NCBI GenBank assembly: GCA_965195345.1
Contig: OZ239628.1
Location: 32,001-96,000, forward strand
DNA length: 64,000 bases
Direction of reading: 5' to 3'
Source of the DNA: an uncultured Thiomicrospira sp.
Lineage (GTDB): Bacteria; Pseudomonadota; Gammaproteobacteria; CAKMZV01
Shown: piece by piece, positions 31,628 to 42,227 of the stretch
How positions within the stretch are numbered: the first letter of the stretch is position 1
Layout of the letters: each line of letters starts with the position of its first letter
Translations under genes and position numbers: made by a program
Notes under the pieces: generated by a model
Told to the model about the DNA's origin: nothing
The model's input: only the letters and a program-made list of their open reading frames with translations
Database searches by the model: none

Positions 31628-31870
31628 TTAACTGCAATCTTTGCAGATTTGACTGTCATTCTTTTGAATCATTTGACTTGACGGGTAGTGAACTCCACAG
31701 TTATCGCATACAATTAATGACTGCTGGGACACCTTATTCTGGTTATTCTGGTCATTTGAGGAATCACGCTCTGTATGGACGGAGTTTCCTATTTTTTTGA
31801 GAACACCATTAAACACTTTGTATAAAACATACAAGAAAGCCGCCATCATTAAAAATTTTACAATACCCAT
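31628..31870 (-). CDS. small membrane-anchored Zn-ribbon protein (PP0621-like)
   Basis: N-terminal TM helix, CDNCGVHYP..CKDC; divergent from nadE. Confidence 0.7.
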   Translation of the reverse strand: MGIVKFLMMAAFLYVLYKVFNGVLKKIGNSVHTERDSSNDQNNQNKVSQQSLIVCDNCGVHYPSSQMIQKNDSQICKDCS

Positions 31871-31903
31871 AAAGCAATTATAATACTTGTCATTGATAGT
31901 TAT

Positions 31904-33484
31904 ATGTTAAAAATTTCAATCGCACAAATCAGTCCTTTCGTGGGAGATATTGAAGGCAATCAAAAGCTAATCTTGAATGCCATCAATGTCGCGAAAAACC
32001 AAAAGGCCGACATTGTCGTTTTCCCAGAATTAGCGTTGTGTGGATACCCGCCAGAAGACCTTCTTCTGCGCGATGATTTCAAAAAAAGCATCGAACAAGC
32101 AATTGCACAACTAACACAGTCAATCGCAGGGATTACTGCACTCATCGGAACCCCTACATGGTGCGACGGCTGCTGTTACAACAGCGCCGTGATTATTGCT
32201 GATGGACAAATCAAAAATGTCTATGAAAAAATAGCCTTGCCGAATTATGGCGTCTTTGATGAATGCCGTTACTTTGAGCCAGGAAAATCACCTCTTTTAT
32301 TCACCCTCAATCACACAAAAATTGCAGTAGCCATTTGTGAAGACCTTTGGCAGCCAAAAACCGCTGAAGTAGTGAGCGCAGGGTGTGACATATTGCTTTG
32401 CTTAAATGCTTCTCCATATCATCAGGGAAAATACCTCCAACGCATTCAAAGCATTCAAACAATCGCAAAAAACCAGTCTTGTGCCGTCGTGTACTGCCAT
32501 TTAGCTGGGGCGCAAGATGGGTTAGTATTTGATGGAGGCTCGTTTGCTATAAATAATAGTGGTGATTTAGTCTTTCAAATGCCTTTTTTTGAATCCAGTC
32601 AAAAATGCTTCAATACTTCAAGTACGCAAATTTTGCCTCTTTTTGAAGAAGACGATGGGCATTTGTACAAAGCGTTGGTTTGCGGTCTGCGCGATTATGT
32701 TTTAAAAAATGGATTTTCCAAAGTATTACTTGGCTTATCAGGCGGCATTGATTCTGCCTTATGTCTTAGTCTATGCGTTGAGGCATTGGGGGCGAGTAAC
32801 GTACAGGCTGTCATGTTAGAACACATCTACACATCGAAACTAAGCAAAGATTTAGCTACAGAACAATGCCAATTGCAAAACGTCCAATTGTTGGAATTAT
32901 CTATCAGCAACACCGTTGCTGCACTTGAGCAAGCATTATCGATTGAACCTGACAGAAATCTTTCAGAAATTACTCGTCAGAACATTCAAGCCCGAAGCCG
33001 AGGTGTGTTGCTGATGGCACTGTCCAATGAAAACGGACAATTACTGATTAATACTGGCAATAAAAGCGAAATGTCCGTAGGATATTCCACACTTTATGGC
33101 GACATGTGTGGTGCATTCGCACCCATCAAAGATGTCTCAAAAACAACCACATATCGCTTGGCAAACTACGTTAATAGCATTGAGTATCGAATTCCAAAAG
33201 GCGTTATTGAGCGCCCACCAAGTGCCGAGCTTGCCCAAGAACAAAAAGACAGCGACTCTCTGCCCGAATACAGCGAATTAGATGCAATAATCCACGACTT
33301 TGTCGAATGCGACTCTCAACCTAAAGAGATAAATGCTGTCACCAATAAAGTAATAAATATGATTGTCTCTGCCGAATATAAACGCAATCAATCACCTCTT
33401 GGGGTTAAGGTGACGGAAAAATCTTTTGATCGAGAGCGTCGTTACCCTATCACTCAAGGCTATTTCAAGCAAAAACCGTCTTAA
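31904..33484 (+). CDS. nadE: glutamine-dependent NAD+ synthetase
   Basis: Nitrilase triad (FPEL, K.LPNYGVFDE, ICEDLW), LSGGIDS, GNKSE, PPSAEL. Confidence 0.95.
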   Translation: MLKISIAQISPFVGDIEGNQKLILNAINVAKNQKADIVVFPELALCGYPPEDLLLRDDFKKSIEQAIAQLTQSIAGITALIGTPTWCDGCCYNSAVIIADGQIKNVYEKIALPNYGVFDECRYFEPGKSPLLFTLNHTKIAVAICEDLWQPKTAEVVSAGCDILLCLNASPYHQGKYLQRIQSIQTIAKNQSCAVVYCHLAGAQDGLVFDGGSFAINNSGDLVFQMPFFESSQKCFNTSSTQILPLFEEDDGHLYKALVCGLRDYVLKNGFSKVLLGLSGGIDSALCLSLCVEALGASNVQAVMLEHIYTSKLSKDLATEQCQLQNVQLLELSISNTVAALEQALSIEPDRNLSEITRQNIQARSRGVLLMALSNENGQLLINTGNKSEMSVGYSTLYGDMCGAFAPIKDVSKTTTYRLANYVNSIEYRIPKGVIERPPSAELAQEQKDSDSLPEYSELDAIIHDFVECDSQPKEINAVTNKVINMIVSAEYKRNQSPLGVKVTEKSFDRERRYPITQGYFKQKPS

Positions 33485-33511
33485 ATTGAACCAAACTCCG
33501 AGTAAATTTTC

Positions 33512-33832
33512 ATGCATTTCTTAGAAACACTACAAACAACTATTGAAGCACGCAAGCATTCTAATGAAAACGATTCTTATGTATCAAGTCTACTAACAAA
33601 GGGTCACCCAGCCATTGCGGAAAAGATACAAGAAGAAGCTCAAGAATGCGTAGATGCATCCAATAATGATGACTCTGATCATTTAGTGCGCGAAGTTGCT
33701 GATTTATTGTTTCACAGCATGATCATGCTTTCGCATCATAATAAATCGATCACCGATGTCGTAGCGGAGTTACATCGTCGACAAGGCATCTCTGGTCATA
33801 AAGAAAAAGCAATGCGTTCAACCAAACCCTAA
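33512..33832 (+). CDS. hisE: phosphoribosyl-ATP pyrophosphatase
   Basis: SYVSSLL, KIQEEAQE, EVADLLFH, RRQGISG. Confidence 0.92.
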   Translation: MHFLETLQTTIEARKHSNENDSYVSSLLTKGHPAIAEKIQEEAQECVDASNNDDSDHLVREVADLLFHSMIMLSHHNKSITDVVAELHRRQGISGHKEKAMRSTKP

Positions 33833-33884
33833 AATAGAGCGCATCCAAACATATAACACACCCTCCTTAAGGCAACAGTAAACA

Positions 33885-35063
33885 ATGGACAAAGCACACG
33901 AAATATTATTGCGCGGTATCGATGAAATCGTCCCCATGCAGGAATTTGAAGAAAAAATAAAATCTGGGAAAAAACTCCGAATAAAAGCAGGTTTTGATCC
34001 AACAGCACCCGATTTACACTTAGGGCATACTGTGCTTATCAATAAGTTGCGTCAATTTCAAGATTTAGGTCACGAAGTGATTTTTCTCATCGGCGACTTT
34101 ACTGCAATGATTGGTGACCCTACGGGCAAAAATGCAACACGAAAGCCACTGTCAAGGGAAGCAATCAATAAAAATGCCTCAACATACAAACAACAAGTTT
34201 TTAAAATTCTTGACGAGAAGAAAACAATCATTGCTCACAACTCTGAATGGAGTGCAAAACTTACTTCAATTGATATGATTCGACTTGCAAGCCAAAAAAC
34301 CGTTGCTCGTATGCTTGAACGAAACGATTTTTCCGAAAGGTATAAAAATAATCAAGATATTGCTATTCATGAGTTCCTTTACCCTTTGATGCAAGGGCAC
34401 GATTCAGTAGTACTTGAGGCAGATATTGAACTGGGGGGAACTGATCAGAAATTTAATCTTTTAGTTGGTCGTGATTTGCAGCGCAACGCAGGACAAAACA
34501 CACAAGTCATCATGACATTGCCTCTTTTAGAGGGATTAGATGGCGTGAATAAAATGTCAAAATCGCTGGGTAACTACATTGGAATTGATGAACCAGCAAA
34601 TATCATGTTTGCAAAAATCATGTCTGTCTCCGATGAGTTAATGTGGCGATATTTTGAGCTGCTTAGCTTTATTGGAAATGATGAGATTGACGCATTGAAA
34701 AAACGTGTAGCCGATGGAGAAAACCCTCGCAATGTCAAAGTACTTCTGGGTCGAGAAATTGTCGCAAGACTATACGATGAACAAACGGCGCAACTTGCTG
34801 AAATTGCGTTTAGCGATCAGTTTAGCAAAAATTTAATTCCTGAGGACATTCCCGACTTCAAACTTGCGCCACAGCCGTTACCTAATTTATTGGTTGAAGC
34901 ACGCCTGTGTTCTTCCACTTCGGAAGCAAGACGAATGATTGAGCAAGGAGCCGTCAAGGTAGATGGTGAAAAGGTATCGTCGATCAGCGCACCAACCAGC
35001 ACAGAAAACAGTGTTTATCAAGTTGGTAAAAGAAAATTTGCACGCATAACGATTTGCACTTAA
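33885..35063 (+). CDS. tyrS: tyrosine--tRNA ligase
   Basis: [24 protein letters not shown]4 domain. Confidence 0.97.
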   Translation: MDKAHEILLRGIDEIVPMQEFEEKIKSGKKLRIKAGFDPTAPDLHLGHTVLINKLRQFQDLGHEVIFLIGDFTAMIGDPTGKNATRKPLSREAINKNASTYKQQVFKILDEKKTIIAHNSEWSAKLTSIDMIRLASQKTVARMLERNDFSERYKNNQDIAIHEFLYPLMQGHDSVVLEADIELGGTDQKFNLLVGRDLQRNAGQNTQVIMTLPLLEGLDGVNKMSKSLGNYIGIDEPANIMFAKIMSVSDELMWRYFELLSFIGNDEIDALKKRVADGENPRNVKVLLGREIVARLYDEQTAQLAEIAFSDQFSKNLIPEDIPDFKLAPQPLPNLLVEARLCSSTSEARRMIEQGAVKVDGEKVSSISAPTSTENSVYQVGKRKFARITICT

Positions 35064-35176
35064 ACAACTTACTTGAATCAACGCACCGCCACCGAGCCAT
35101 ACATTTGAAATGATTAGGTATCGCTTGGTATTCTTGCTACAATTAATATCTTCCTTTGACACTGTATAACCCTCTC

Positions 35177-36061
35177 ATGCCTTTGACTCAAAAACGTAAA
35201 GAATTCATTGATTCCGTTCTGCTTGAAATGCCTGAACGCATTCAAAGTTTGCGTGGGAAAACCATTGTGATTAAATACGGTGGCAATGCCATGGTAGATG
35301 AACATTTAAAGCATTCTTTTGCATACGATGTTGTTCAACTTAAACGCATAGGAATGAATCCTATTGTGGTGCATGGTGGCGGTCCACAAATCAACGACAT
35401 GCTAAACCGTTTGGATATAAAGTCAAATTTTATTCAGGGCATGCGTGTGACTGACCAACAAACCATGCAAGTTGTTGAAATGGTGTTGGGTGGGCACGTA
35501 AACAAAGACATCGTCAATTTAATCCTGAACCAAGGAGGGCAAGCGGTAGGTCTAACTGGTAAAGATGGGAACATGATTGAGGCGAAAAAAATGCGCATGC
35601 GCGATGAAAAATCCAACAATTCTCAATTCATTGATCTTGGCTTTGTTGGAGAAGTATTAAAAATCAATCAATCACTGCTCAACGTCCTTTGTGAAAATAA
35701 CTTCATTCCTGTTATTGCTCCTATTGGTCGTAACAGCGACGGCGAAACTTTCAATATTAATGCTGACTTGGTTGCTGGTGAAGTCGCTAAATCAATTTTG
35801 GCTGAAAAGTTACTACTGCTAACAAACACGCCTGGTGTGCTTGATGAGAATGGAAAACTGCTCAGAGAATTGGATGCTCACAAAGTAGAATGTTTAATCA
35901 AATCAGGTGTAATTTTTGGCGGAATGTTGCCTAAAATACATGGTGCTTTAGACGCTATTAAGAACGGAGTACAGAGTGTGCATATTATTGACGGTCGCCT
36001 CGAAAATGCGCTACTCCTTGAAGTACTAACTCCTTCGAAAACAGGAACTCAAATTTACTAA
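35177..36061 (+). CDS. argB: acetylglutamate kinase
   Basis: [32 protein letters not shown]; start moved to ATG 35177. Confidence 0.95.
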   Translation: MPLTQKRKEFIDSVLLEMPERIQSLRGKTIVIKYGGNAMVDEHLKHSFAYDVVQLKRIGMNPIVVHGGGPQINDMLNRLDIKSNFIQGMRVTDQQTMQVVEMVLGGHVNKDIVNLILNQGGQAVGLTGKDGNMIEAKKMRMRDEKSNNSQFIDLGFVGEVLKINQSLLNVLCENNFIPVIAPIGRNSDGETFNINADLVAGEVAKSILAEKLLLLTNTPGVLDENGKLLRELDAHKVECLIKSGVIFGGMLPKIHGALDAIKNGVQSVHIIDGRLENALLLEVLTPSKTGTQIY

Positions 36062-36070
36062 AAAATATAA

Positions 36071-38830
36071 ATGGAAAAAAATTACGATCCAAAAAAAATA
36101 GAATCACCCTTATATCATTTTTGGGAAGAAGGTGGTTTTTTTGAAGCAACCACTGATCCCAGCAAGGAAAATTATTCGATAATGATTCCTCCCCCCAACG
36201 TAACGGGCACATTACACATGGGACACGCCTTTCAAGATACGTTGATGGATGCACTGATTCGCTATCATCGCATGCAAGGAAAAAATACATTGTGGCAACC
36301 GGGTATGGATCACGCAGGCATCGCCACACAAATGGTTGTTGAAAGACAACTTTCTGCCAAAGGCATCAATCGAAAAGAAATAGGACGAGAAGCTTTTGTC
36401 GAAGCCGTTTGGAAATGGAAAGAAGAATCTGGAGGGTCAATTGCACAACAATTACGCCGAATGGGTGCATCTCTTGATTGGTCAAAAGAGTGTTTCACGT
36501 TAGATGATGGATTGTCAGATGCAGTCAAAGAAGTGTTTATTCGACTGTACGAAGAAGGACTAATCTATCGCGGGAAACGTCTCGTAAACTGGGATCCCGT
36601 TCTGCAAACAGCCGTATCTGACCTCGAAGTAGTCAACACAGAGTCCGAAGGCTACATGTACTACGTCCGCTATCCTTTCGTTGACGATGAAAGTGATGGC
36701 ATCGTTATTGCAACCACCCGCCCAGAAACCATTCTCGCTGATGGTGCCATTGCGGTTCATCCTGACGATGAACGATTTAGTGCACTCGTAGGGCAATTCG
36801 TTTGGGTACCGATGGTCGATCGAAAGATTGAAATCATCACCGACTCCCACGTTGATCCTTCTTTTGGATCAGGCTGTGTAAAAATTACAGGAGCGCATGA
36901 TTTCAACGACTTTGAAATGACACAACGACACGCAGATAAAAACATCCCTCTCATTAACTTATTTACCAAGTCAGCACACTTGAATGAGAACGCGCCCAAA
37001 GACTATCAGGGTCTTGATCGTTTCGCTGCTCGAGATAAGATTATCGAAGACCTCAACACAAACAACTATCTAATACAACGCAAAAAACATAAATACGTGT
37101 TGCCCATCGGAGATCGGTCGCAGTCAATTATTGAGCCTTTCCTGACAGATCAGTGGTTTGTAGATGCCAAAGTATTAGCAAAACGTGCCATTGAAGTCGT
37201 CGAGAATGGTGATATTCGTTTCATCCCCAAAAACTGGGAAAACACTTACTTTGATTGGATGCGCAACATACAAGACTGGTGTATTTCAAGACAATTATGG
37301 TGGGGGCACCAAATTCCTGCTTGGTATGGCGAAAATGGTGAATTATTCGTGGCATGTAATGCCGAACAAGCACAAAAAAAAGCGATTGCTGCAGGATACA
37401 CGGGTGCACTCGTACAAGATGAAGATGTGATGGACACTTGGTTTTCATCGGCACTTTGGCCTTTTACGACGCTTGGCTGGCCAAATAAAACAGTTGAACT
37501 TGAACACTTCTATCCAACATCGGTATTAGTGACTGGTTTTGATATTATCTTTTTCTGGGTAGCGCGCATGATCATGTGTGGCGTGAAATTTACCGATGAA
37601 ATGCCATTCAAAGAGGTTTATGTACATGGCTTGGTGCGCGATGCGCTTGGACAAAAAATGTCAAAATCGAAAGGCAACGTACTTGACCCCATAGATATCA
37701 TTGACGGCATAGACCTTGAATCTTTAGTTCAAAAACGCACTGCTGGTTTAATGCAACCACAAAAGGCAAGACAAATAGAAGAGGATACGCGCAAACTTTA
37801 TGCTAACGGCATTCCTCCTTATGGTTGCGATGCATTGCGCTTCACATTCGCCGCAATGGCATCAACGGGTCGAGACATTCGTTTTGAGTTATCGCGCTGT
37901 GAAGGATATAGAAATTTCTGCAATAAACTATGGAACGGTGCTCGTTTTGTTCTAATGCGTGTGGAAGACCAAAGCATCGACACCGCACCATCGGAACATA
38001 TTTTTGATAGATGGATTGAATCTCGATTACAAAAAACCATCGCCATTGTAGATACTAATTTTAATAATTACCGACTTGATTTGGTTGCTGCTGCCTTATA
38101 TGATTTTGTATGGCATGACTTTTGTGATTGGTATTTAGAATTATCAAAGGTAATATTGAAGGACGAGAATCACGCAGGAAAGACAAGATATCATATGATA
38201 AAAATGATCGACACGATATGTCGTCTGTCTCATCCAATAATTCCTTTCCTCACAGAAGAAATCTGGCAATCCGTTAAAAAGCCTTTAGGTAATAAAGGTC
38301 AAACTTTGATGCTTCAAAGCTACCCTAAAAAAGAGCAATTCTCTATTGATGAGCAGGCGGAAGAACAATTGCATTGGATAAAATCGATTGTAAATGCAGT
38401 ACGCAACATTCGATCACAAATGAATGTTCCTCCCTCAACTCAGCTGACGGTATTCCTACAAACACAAGATGATGATGAACAACAGTGGTTAGCAACCCAC
38501 CATTCATCGCTCAACGCGCTTGCACGACTTCAGGAAATAACAATATCCGAAGAAGACATTCCTAAAGCTGCATCGGCAATATGTGGCAATGGCAAACTAT
38601 ACATTCCCTTGCAAGACGTCATAAATACTGATGACGAAAAACAAAGGCTTGAACGTGAAATAGAGCGTTGCAAAAAAATGCTTACACAATTAACGGGCAA
38701 ACTAAACAACGAGGCGTTTATTGCAAAAGCTCCATCTGAAATCGTTGATGACGTAAAGCAGAAAAAAGAGCGACAACAAAGCGTCTTAAATCATCTTGAA
38801 AACCAATATGCGCTTCTATCTGATATGTAA
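36071..38830 (+). CDS. valS: valine--tRNA ligase
   Basis: PPPNVTGTLHMGH, DWCISRQLWWGH, KMSKS, C-terminal coiled coil. Confidence 0.98.
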   Translation: MEKNYDPKKIESPLYHFWEEGGFFEATTDPSKENYSIMIPPPNVTGTLHMGHAFQDTLMDALIRYHRMQGKNTLWQPGMDHAGIATQMVVERQLSAKGINRKEIGREAFVEAVWKWKEESGGSIAQQLRRMGASLDWSKECFTLDDGLSDAVKEVFIRLYEEGLIYRGKRLVNWDPVLQTAVSDLEVVNTESEGYMYYVRYPFVDDESDGIVIATTRPETILADGAIAVHPDDERFSALVGQFVWVPMVDRKIEIITDSHVDPSFGSGCVKITGAHDFNDFEMTQRHADKNIPLINLFTKSAHLNENAPKDYQGLDRFAARDKIIEDLNTNNYLIQRKKHKYVLPIGDRSQSIIEPFLTDQWFVDAKVLAKRAIEVVENGDIRFIPKNWENTYFDWMRNIQDWCISRQLWWGHQIPAWYGENGELFVACNAEQAQKKAIAAGYTGALVQDEDVMDTWFSSALWPFTTLGWPNKTVELEHFYPTSVLVTGFDIIFFWVARMIMCGVKFTDEMPFKEVYVHGLVRDALGQKMSKSKGNVLDPIDIIDGIDLESLVQKRTAGLMQPQKARQIEEDTRKLYANGIPPYGCDALRFTFAAMASTGRDIRFELSRCEGYRNFCNKLWNGARFVLMRVEDQSIDTAPSEHIFDRWIESRLQKTIAIVDTNFNNYRLDLVAAALYDFVWHDFCDWYLELSKVILKDENHAGKTRYHMIKMIDTICRLSHPIIPFLTEEIWQSVKKPLGNKGQTLMLQSYPKKEQFSIDEQAEEQLHWIKSIVNAVRNIRSQMNVPPSTQLTVFLQTQDDDEQQWLATHHSSLNALARLQEITISEEDIPKAASAICGNGKLYIPLQDVINTDDEKQRLEREIERCKKMLTQLTGKLNNEAFIAKAPSEIVDDVKQKKERQQSVLNHLENQYALLSDM

Positions 38831-39482
38831 TCTACTATGTAGTCTATTGCTCATGGCGTCCTCTAACGCGCAAGCAGAGAGCAGTCTTTATATTTCTAAT
38901 GCGTTAACTGTCCCCATGCTAAAAGAAAGAGTCGCTGACTCGCCGGTTATTTTTGAACTGCCTTTAACAGCGAAAATACAGGTCATTAGCCAAACAAATG
39001 AGGGCTGGAGTGAAATCCGATATAAAAACAAAAAAGGTTGGATAGAAAGTCGTTATCTATCTGTACAACCAAACAATGCGGTTACTTTGGAAAATTTAAA
39101 AAATGAATTTAAACTTTTCAAACGCGATACTTTGACGCTTGAGAGTGAGCTTGAATACCATCGCAAACAACAGGAAAAATCAGTTAAAGAGCTGAAAGAA
39201 TTGCAAAGAGAAAGTTACATACTACTACACAAGGCAAACCACTTCAAGCAACTAGCAGAAAAACCGCTCTCAGTAGAAAAGAAAAACAAGGCAATACGTC
39301 AACAAGTGGAAGTCTTAAAAATCGAAAACGACTTGTTACGCCATACTGAAGAATTGAAGCAAAAAGGCAAAGAGCGAAATTGGATCGCTCTACTGGTTTT
39401 TTTCAGCATTTTATGTGCTATCATTGGGATATTCATTGGTAGTTATATTTCCACACGTCCTAAACCGTTCAATCAAAAATGA
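38808..39482 (+). CDS. SH3b-domain, coiled-coil, C-terminally anchored protein (YgiM-like)
   Basis: Signal peptide, GWSEIRY..GWIESRYL, coiled coil, C-terminal TM helix. Confidence 0.75.
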   Translation: MRFYLICNLLCSLLLMASSNAQAESSLYISNALTVPMLKERVADSPVIFELPLTAKIQVISQTNEGWSEIRYKNKKGWIESRYLSVQPNNAVTLENLKNEFKLFKRDTLTLESELEYHRKQQEKSVKELKELQRESYILLHKANHFKQLAEKPLSVEKKNKAIRQQVEVLKIENDLLRHTEELKQKGKERNWIALLVFFSILCAIIGIFIGSYISTRPKPFNQK

Positions 39483-39979
39483 AGCTTCAATACTTCCCTC
39501 ACAATGAGTCTATTTTGCGCCAAAAAAGCGCTTCTATCAAAAATGTAGATGGCGACCTTAATAAAAAAATAAAAAGCATGCTAAAACTCATGTATGAGAA
39601 AAAAGGTGTCGGACTTGCTGCCATTCAAGTCGGTATCAAACAACGATTTTTTGTTATGGACATAAGCGCTGAAAACAATCAACCTCTTGTTTTCATCAAT
39701 CCAGTTATTGTCGCTCAAGAAGGTGAGATCGAGTGGGAAGAAGGGTGTTTATCTATCCCTGACATCACCTATCCAACCAAACGCGCTGCACATGTGATTG
39801 TGGAAGGAATTGATGAGAAAGGTAACGCATTCAAGCGTGAGTTAACGGAGCTTGCTTCCGTTTGCGCCCAACATGAAATTGACCACCTGAATGGGAAACT
39901 TTTTATAGATCAACTCTCACGCCTTAAATACAATCGTCTCAAAGCTAAACTACTGAAAGAAGGGAAAATTGACTCCTAA
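39479..39979 (+). CDS. def: peptide deformylase
   Basis: GVGLAAIQ, EGCLS, QHEIDHLNG. Confidence 0.96.
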   Translation: MKLQYFPHNESILRQKSASIKNVDGDLNKKIKSMLKLMYEKKGVGLAAIQVGIKQRFFVMDISAENNQPLVFINPVIVAQEGEIEWEEGCLSIPDITYPTKRAAHVIVEGIDEKGNAFKRELTELASVCAQHEIDHLNGKLFIDQLSRLKYNRLKAKLLKEGKIDS

Positions 39980-40090
39980 ACATCAGCCGCGACATCGCAG
40001 TTGTTTTAATTATTCCAATTGATCATTCTTTATATTTTTGCCAATTCAATAGATGGCCTTATAAGGTATAATTTCCACGTTTTCATGATA

Positions 40091-40167
40091 GCGCCCGTAG
40101 TTCAACTGGATAGAATACCTGGCTACGAACCAGGCGGTTGGGAGTTCGAGTCTTCCCGGGCGCGCCA
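40091..40167 (+). tRNA. tRNA-Arg (ACG)
   Basis: GCGCCCG/CGGGCGC acceptor stem, CCTGG-CTACGAA-CCAGG anticodon arm, TTCGAG T loop, CCA; 77 nt. Confidence 0.97.
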
Positions 40168-40184
40168 CACACAGGATTGGTTAT

Positions 40185-41297
40185 ATGAATCTACCAGAGA
40201 TCAACCCTACTTATTATTATTCAATTGGGTTACTCCTTACTCTATTCGCATGTATCTGGTTTATAAACTGGCTATTCAAACGCCCTTGGTTACCAGAATG
40301 GTTTGATAGTGATCTTCGAAAACGCTTAAAAACACCCCTTTTAATTGGAATAATGCTAGGTGCTGTCAGCACCTTATTCGAAGCGCAAGTATTCAAAATC
40401 GACGGATGGGCACCCCCAATGTGGCTTTTAAATGCCATGAATGTTGTCATGGTTGCCATACTTTTTTGGGCGTCAAGCGTTATTTTGCGTGTTCTAGCCC
40501 AACTTCTGAAGCATAAAAAGAAAGCCGATAATCAATGGCAAACAAACATATCTGGATTAGAAAAATTTGGTATGGTCGTTATCGCCACCATAGGTTCCAT
40601 CTTCATTCTGAAAACTTTGGATTACGATATTTCAAGTATTCTTGCTCTTGGAGGAATTTCTGGCATCGCTATCGGATTAGCTGCTCGAGATATGCTTGCA
40701 AATATTTTTGGTGGTCTATTTCTTTACTTCGATAAACCTTTCTCCGTTAACGACTGGATAAGATCTCCTGACCGCTCAATCGAAGGAACGGTTCAAAAAA
40801 TCGGACTCCGCCAAACAACTGTGCGCACTTTCAATTCACGCCCAATTTATATCCCCAACGCTTTATTCAACAACATCGTCATAGAGAACCCAACGCGTAT
40901 GCTGAACCGACGCATCTATGAAAAGTTTGGCTTGCGTTACGAAGATTCGCATGTGCTTAGTGCGATCCTTCTTGAAATAGAAAAATCGTTAAAAAACAAC
41001 CCTGAAATTGACAGCACTAAAACCTTAATGGTTAATTTTGATTGCTTTGGAGAAAGTGCGCTTGAATGCTTTATTTATACATTCACCAAAACCACAAACT
41101 GGCAGGAATATCACGCCATAAAACAAAAAGTTATGCTGGATGTTTTAGTAATTATTGCCAAAAACGGTGCTTCCTGTGCATTCCCTACACAAACGTTAGA
41201 TATAAAAGACTCTACACTTTCAGGCTTAAGTACGGCTGACGACGAAAATGCTGCGGCATTGCAGACTTTAATCAAGAAATCCCCTGCCCAAAAATAA
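40185..41297 (+). CDS. MscS-family mechanosensitive channel (YnaI-like)
   Basis: LGGISGIAIGLAARD..ANIFGG, DKPF..DWI, GTV..IG.R.T, IPN, AFPTQT. Confidence 0.9.
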   Translation: MNLPEINPTYYYSIGLLLTLFACIWFINWLFKRPWLPEWFDSDLRKRLKTPLLIGIMLGAVSTLFEAQVFKIDGWAPPMWLLNAMNVVMVAILFWASSVILRVLAQLLKHKKKADNQWQTNISGLEKFGMVVIATIGSIFILKTLDYDISSILALGGISGIAIGLAARDMLANIFGGLFLYFDKPFSVNDWIRSPDRSIEGTVQKIGLRQTTVRTFNSRPIYIPNALFNNIVIENPTRMLNRRIYEKFGLRYEDSHVLSAILLEIEKSLKNNPEIDSTKTLMVNFDCFGESALECFIYTFTKTTNWQEYHAIKQKVMLDVLVIIAKNGASCAFPTQTLDIKDSTLSGLSTADDENAAALQTLIKKSPAQK

Positions 41298-41335
41298 ACT
41301 TACCGCTCGATTACAGTTTTTCTCTCAACTTCAAT

Positions 41336-42220
41336 TCAACCCAAAAGCATCTCAAGCAAGGCCTTTTGGGCATGCAATCGATTTTCAGCTTGTTGCCAAA
41401 CTTTTGATTGATTGCCATCAATCACTTCCTTATAAACCTCTTCTCCTCGATATGCAGGTAAACAATGCAGAAAAATGGCCTCCGGACGTGCGCAATGCAT
41501 CACTTCGCCAGTAACTGCAAAGTTTTGAAATCTTTTCTTCCGTTCTTTAGCCTCCTCTTCATGCCCCATGCTTGCCCACACGTCAGTTGTTACCACCTGA
41601 GCCCCGCTAACAGCTTCACGAGCATCACTCAGATATGTCACATTGTTGTTGTTTTTTTCCTCAGCAATCATGCTCGCTGGAGCACCTATGCGCAAATTAA
41701 AATTAAACAACTGTGCCGCTTGAATATAGCTGTTAGTCATGTTGTTAATATCGCCTAACCAAGCAACGTTCAACCCTTCTAACGAATCAAAACATTCAAG
41801 CATCGTTTGCATATCGGCCAATAATTGGCATGGATGATACGCATCAGTTAGGCCGTTAATCACTGCAACCGATGAGTGCTGAGCTAAATCAATTACTTTT
41901 TGATGAGAAGCACAACGAATCATAATGCCATCCGTCATAGAAGAGATAACCCGCGCTGTATCCGCGATGTGTTCACCCCTTCCCAATTGAGAATCGTTGC
42001 TTCGCAAATAAACAGCATCTCCTCCTAATTGAATCATTCCTGCTTCAAAAGACAATCGAGTTCGCGTCGATGGCTTTTCGAAAATCATTGTTAAAATCTT
42101 TCCTTGAAGCGGAAGATGCGTCTTTTTTTCGTTTCTAAAAGACTTCAACTCAATAGCGCGTTGTAAAAGGTTCAACCCTTGCTGTTTAGATACGTCCTCC
42201 AATGATAAAAAATGCTGCAT
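41336..42220 (-). CDS. argF: ornithine carbamoyltransferase
   Basis: KPSTRTR, HPCQ, DVWASMG, FLHCLP; start moved to ATG 42220. Confidence 0.95.
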   Translation of the reverse strand: MQHFLSLEDVSKQQGLNLLQRAIELKSFRNEKKTHLPLQGKILTMIFEKPSTRTRLSFEAGMIQLGGDAVYLRSNDSQLGRGEHIADTARVISSMTDGIMIRCASHQKVIDLAQHSSVAVINGLTDAYHPCQLLADMQTMLECFDSLEGLNVAWLGDINNMTNSYIQAAQLFNFNLRIGAPASMIAEEKNNNNVTYLSDAREAVSGAQVVTTDVWASMGHEEEAKERKKRFQNFAVTGEVMHCARPEAIFLHCLPAYRGEEVYKEVIDGNQSKVWQQAENRLHAQKALLEMLLG

Positions 42221-42227
42221 AAAAATT

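Noticed and set aside
40019-40306. 95-aa ORF
   Set aside because: Shadow ORF over tRNA-Arg and the start of the MscS gene.
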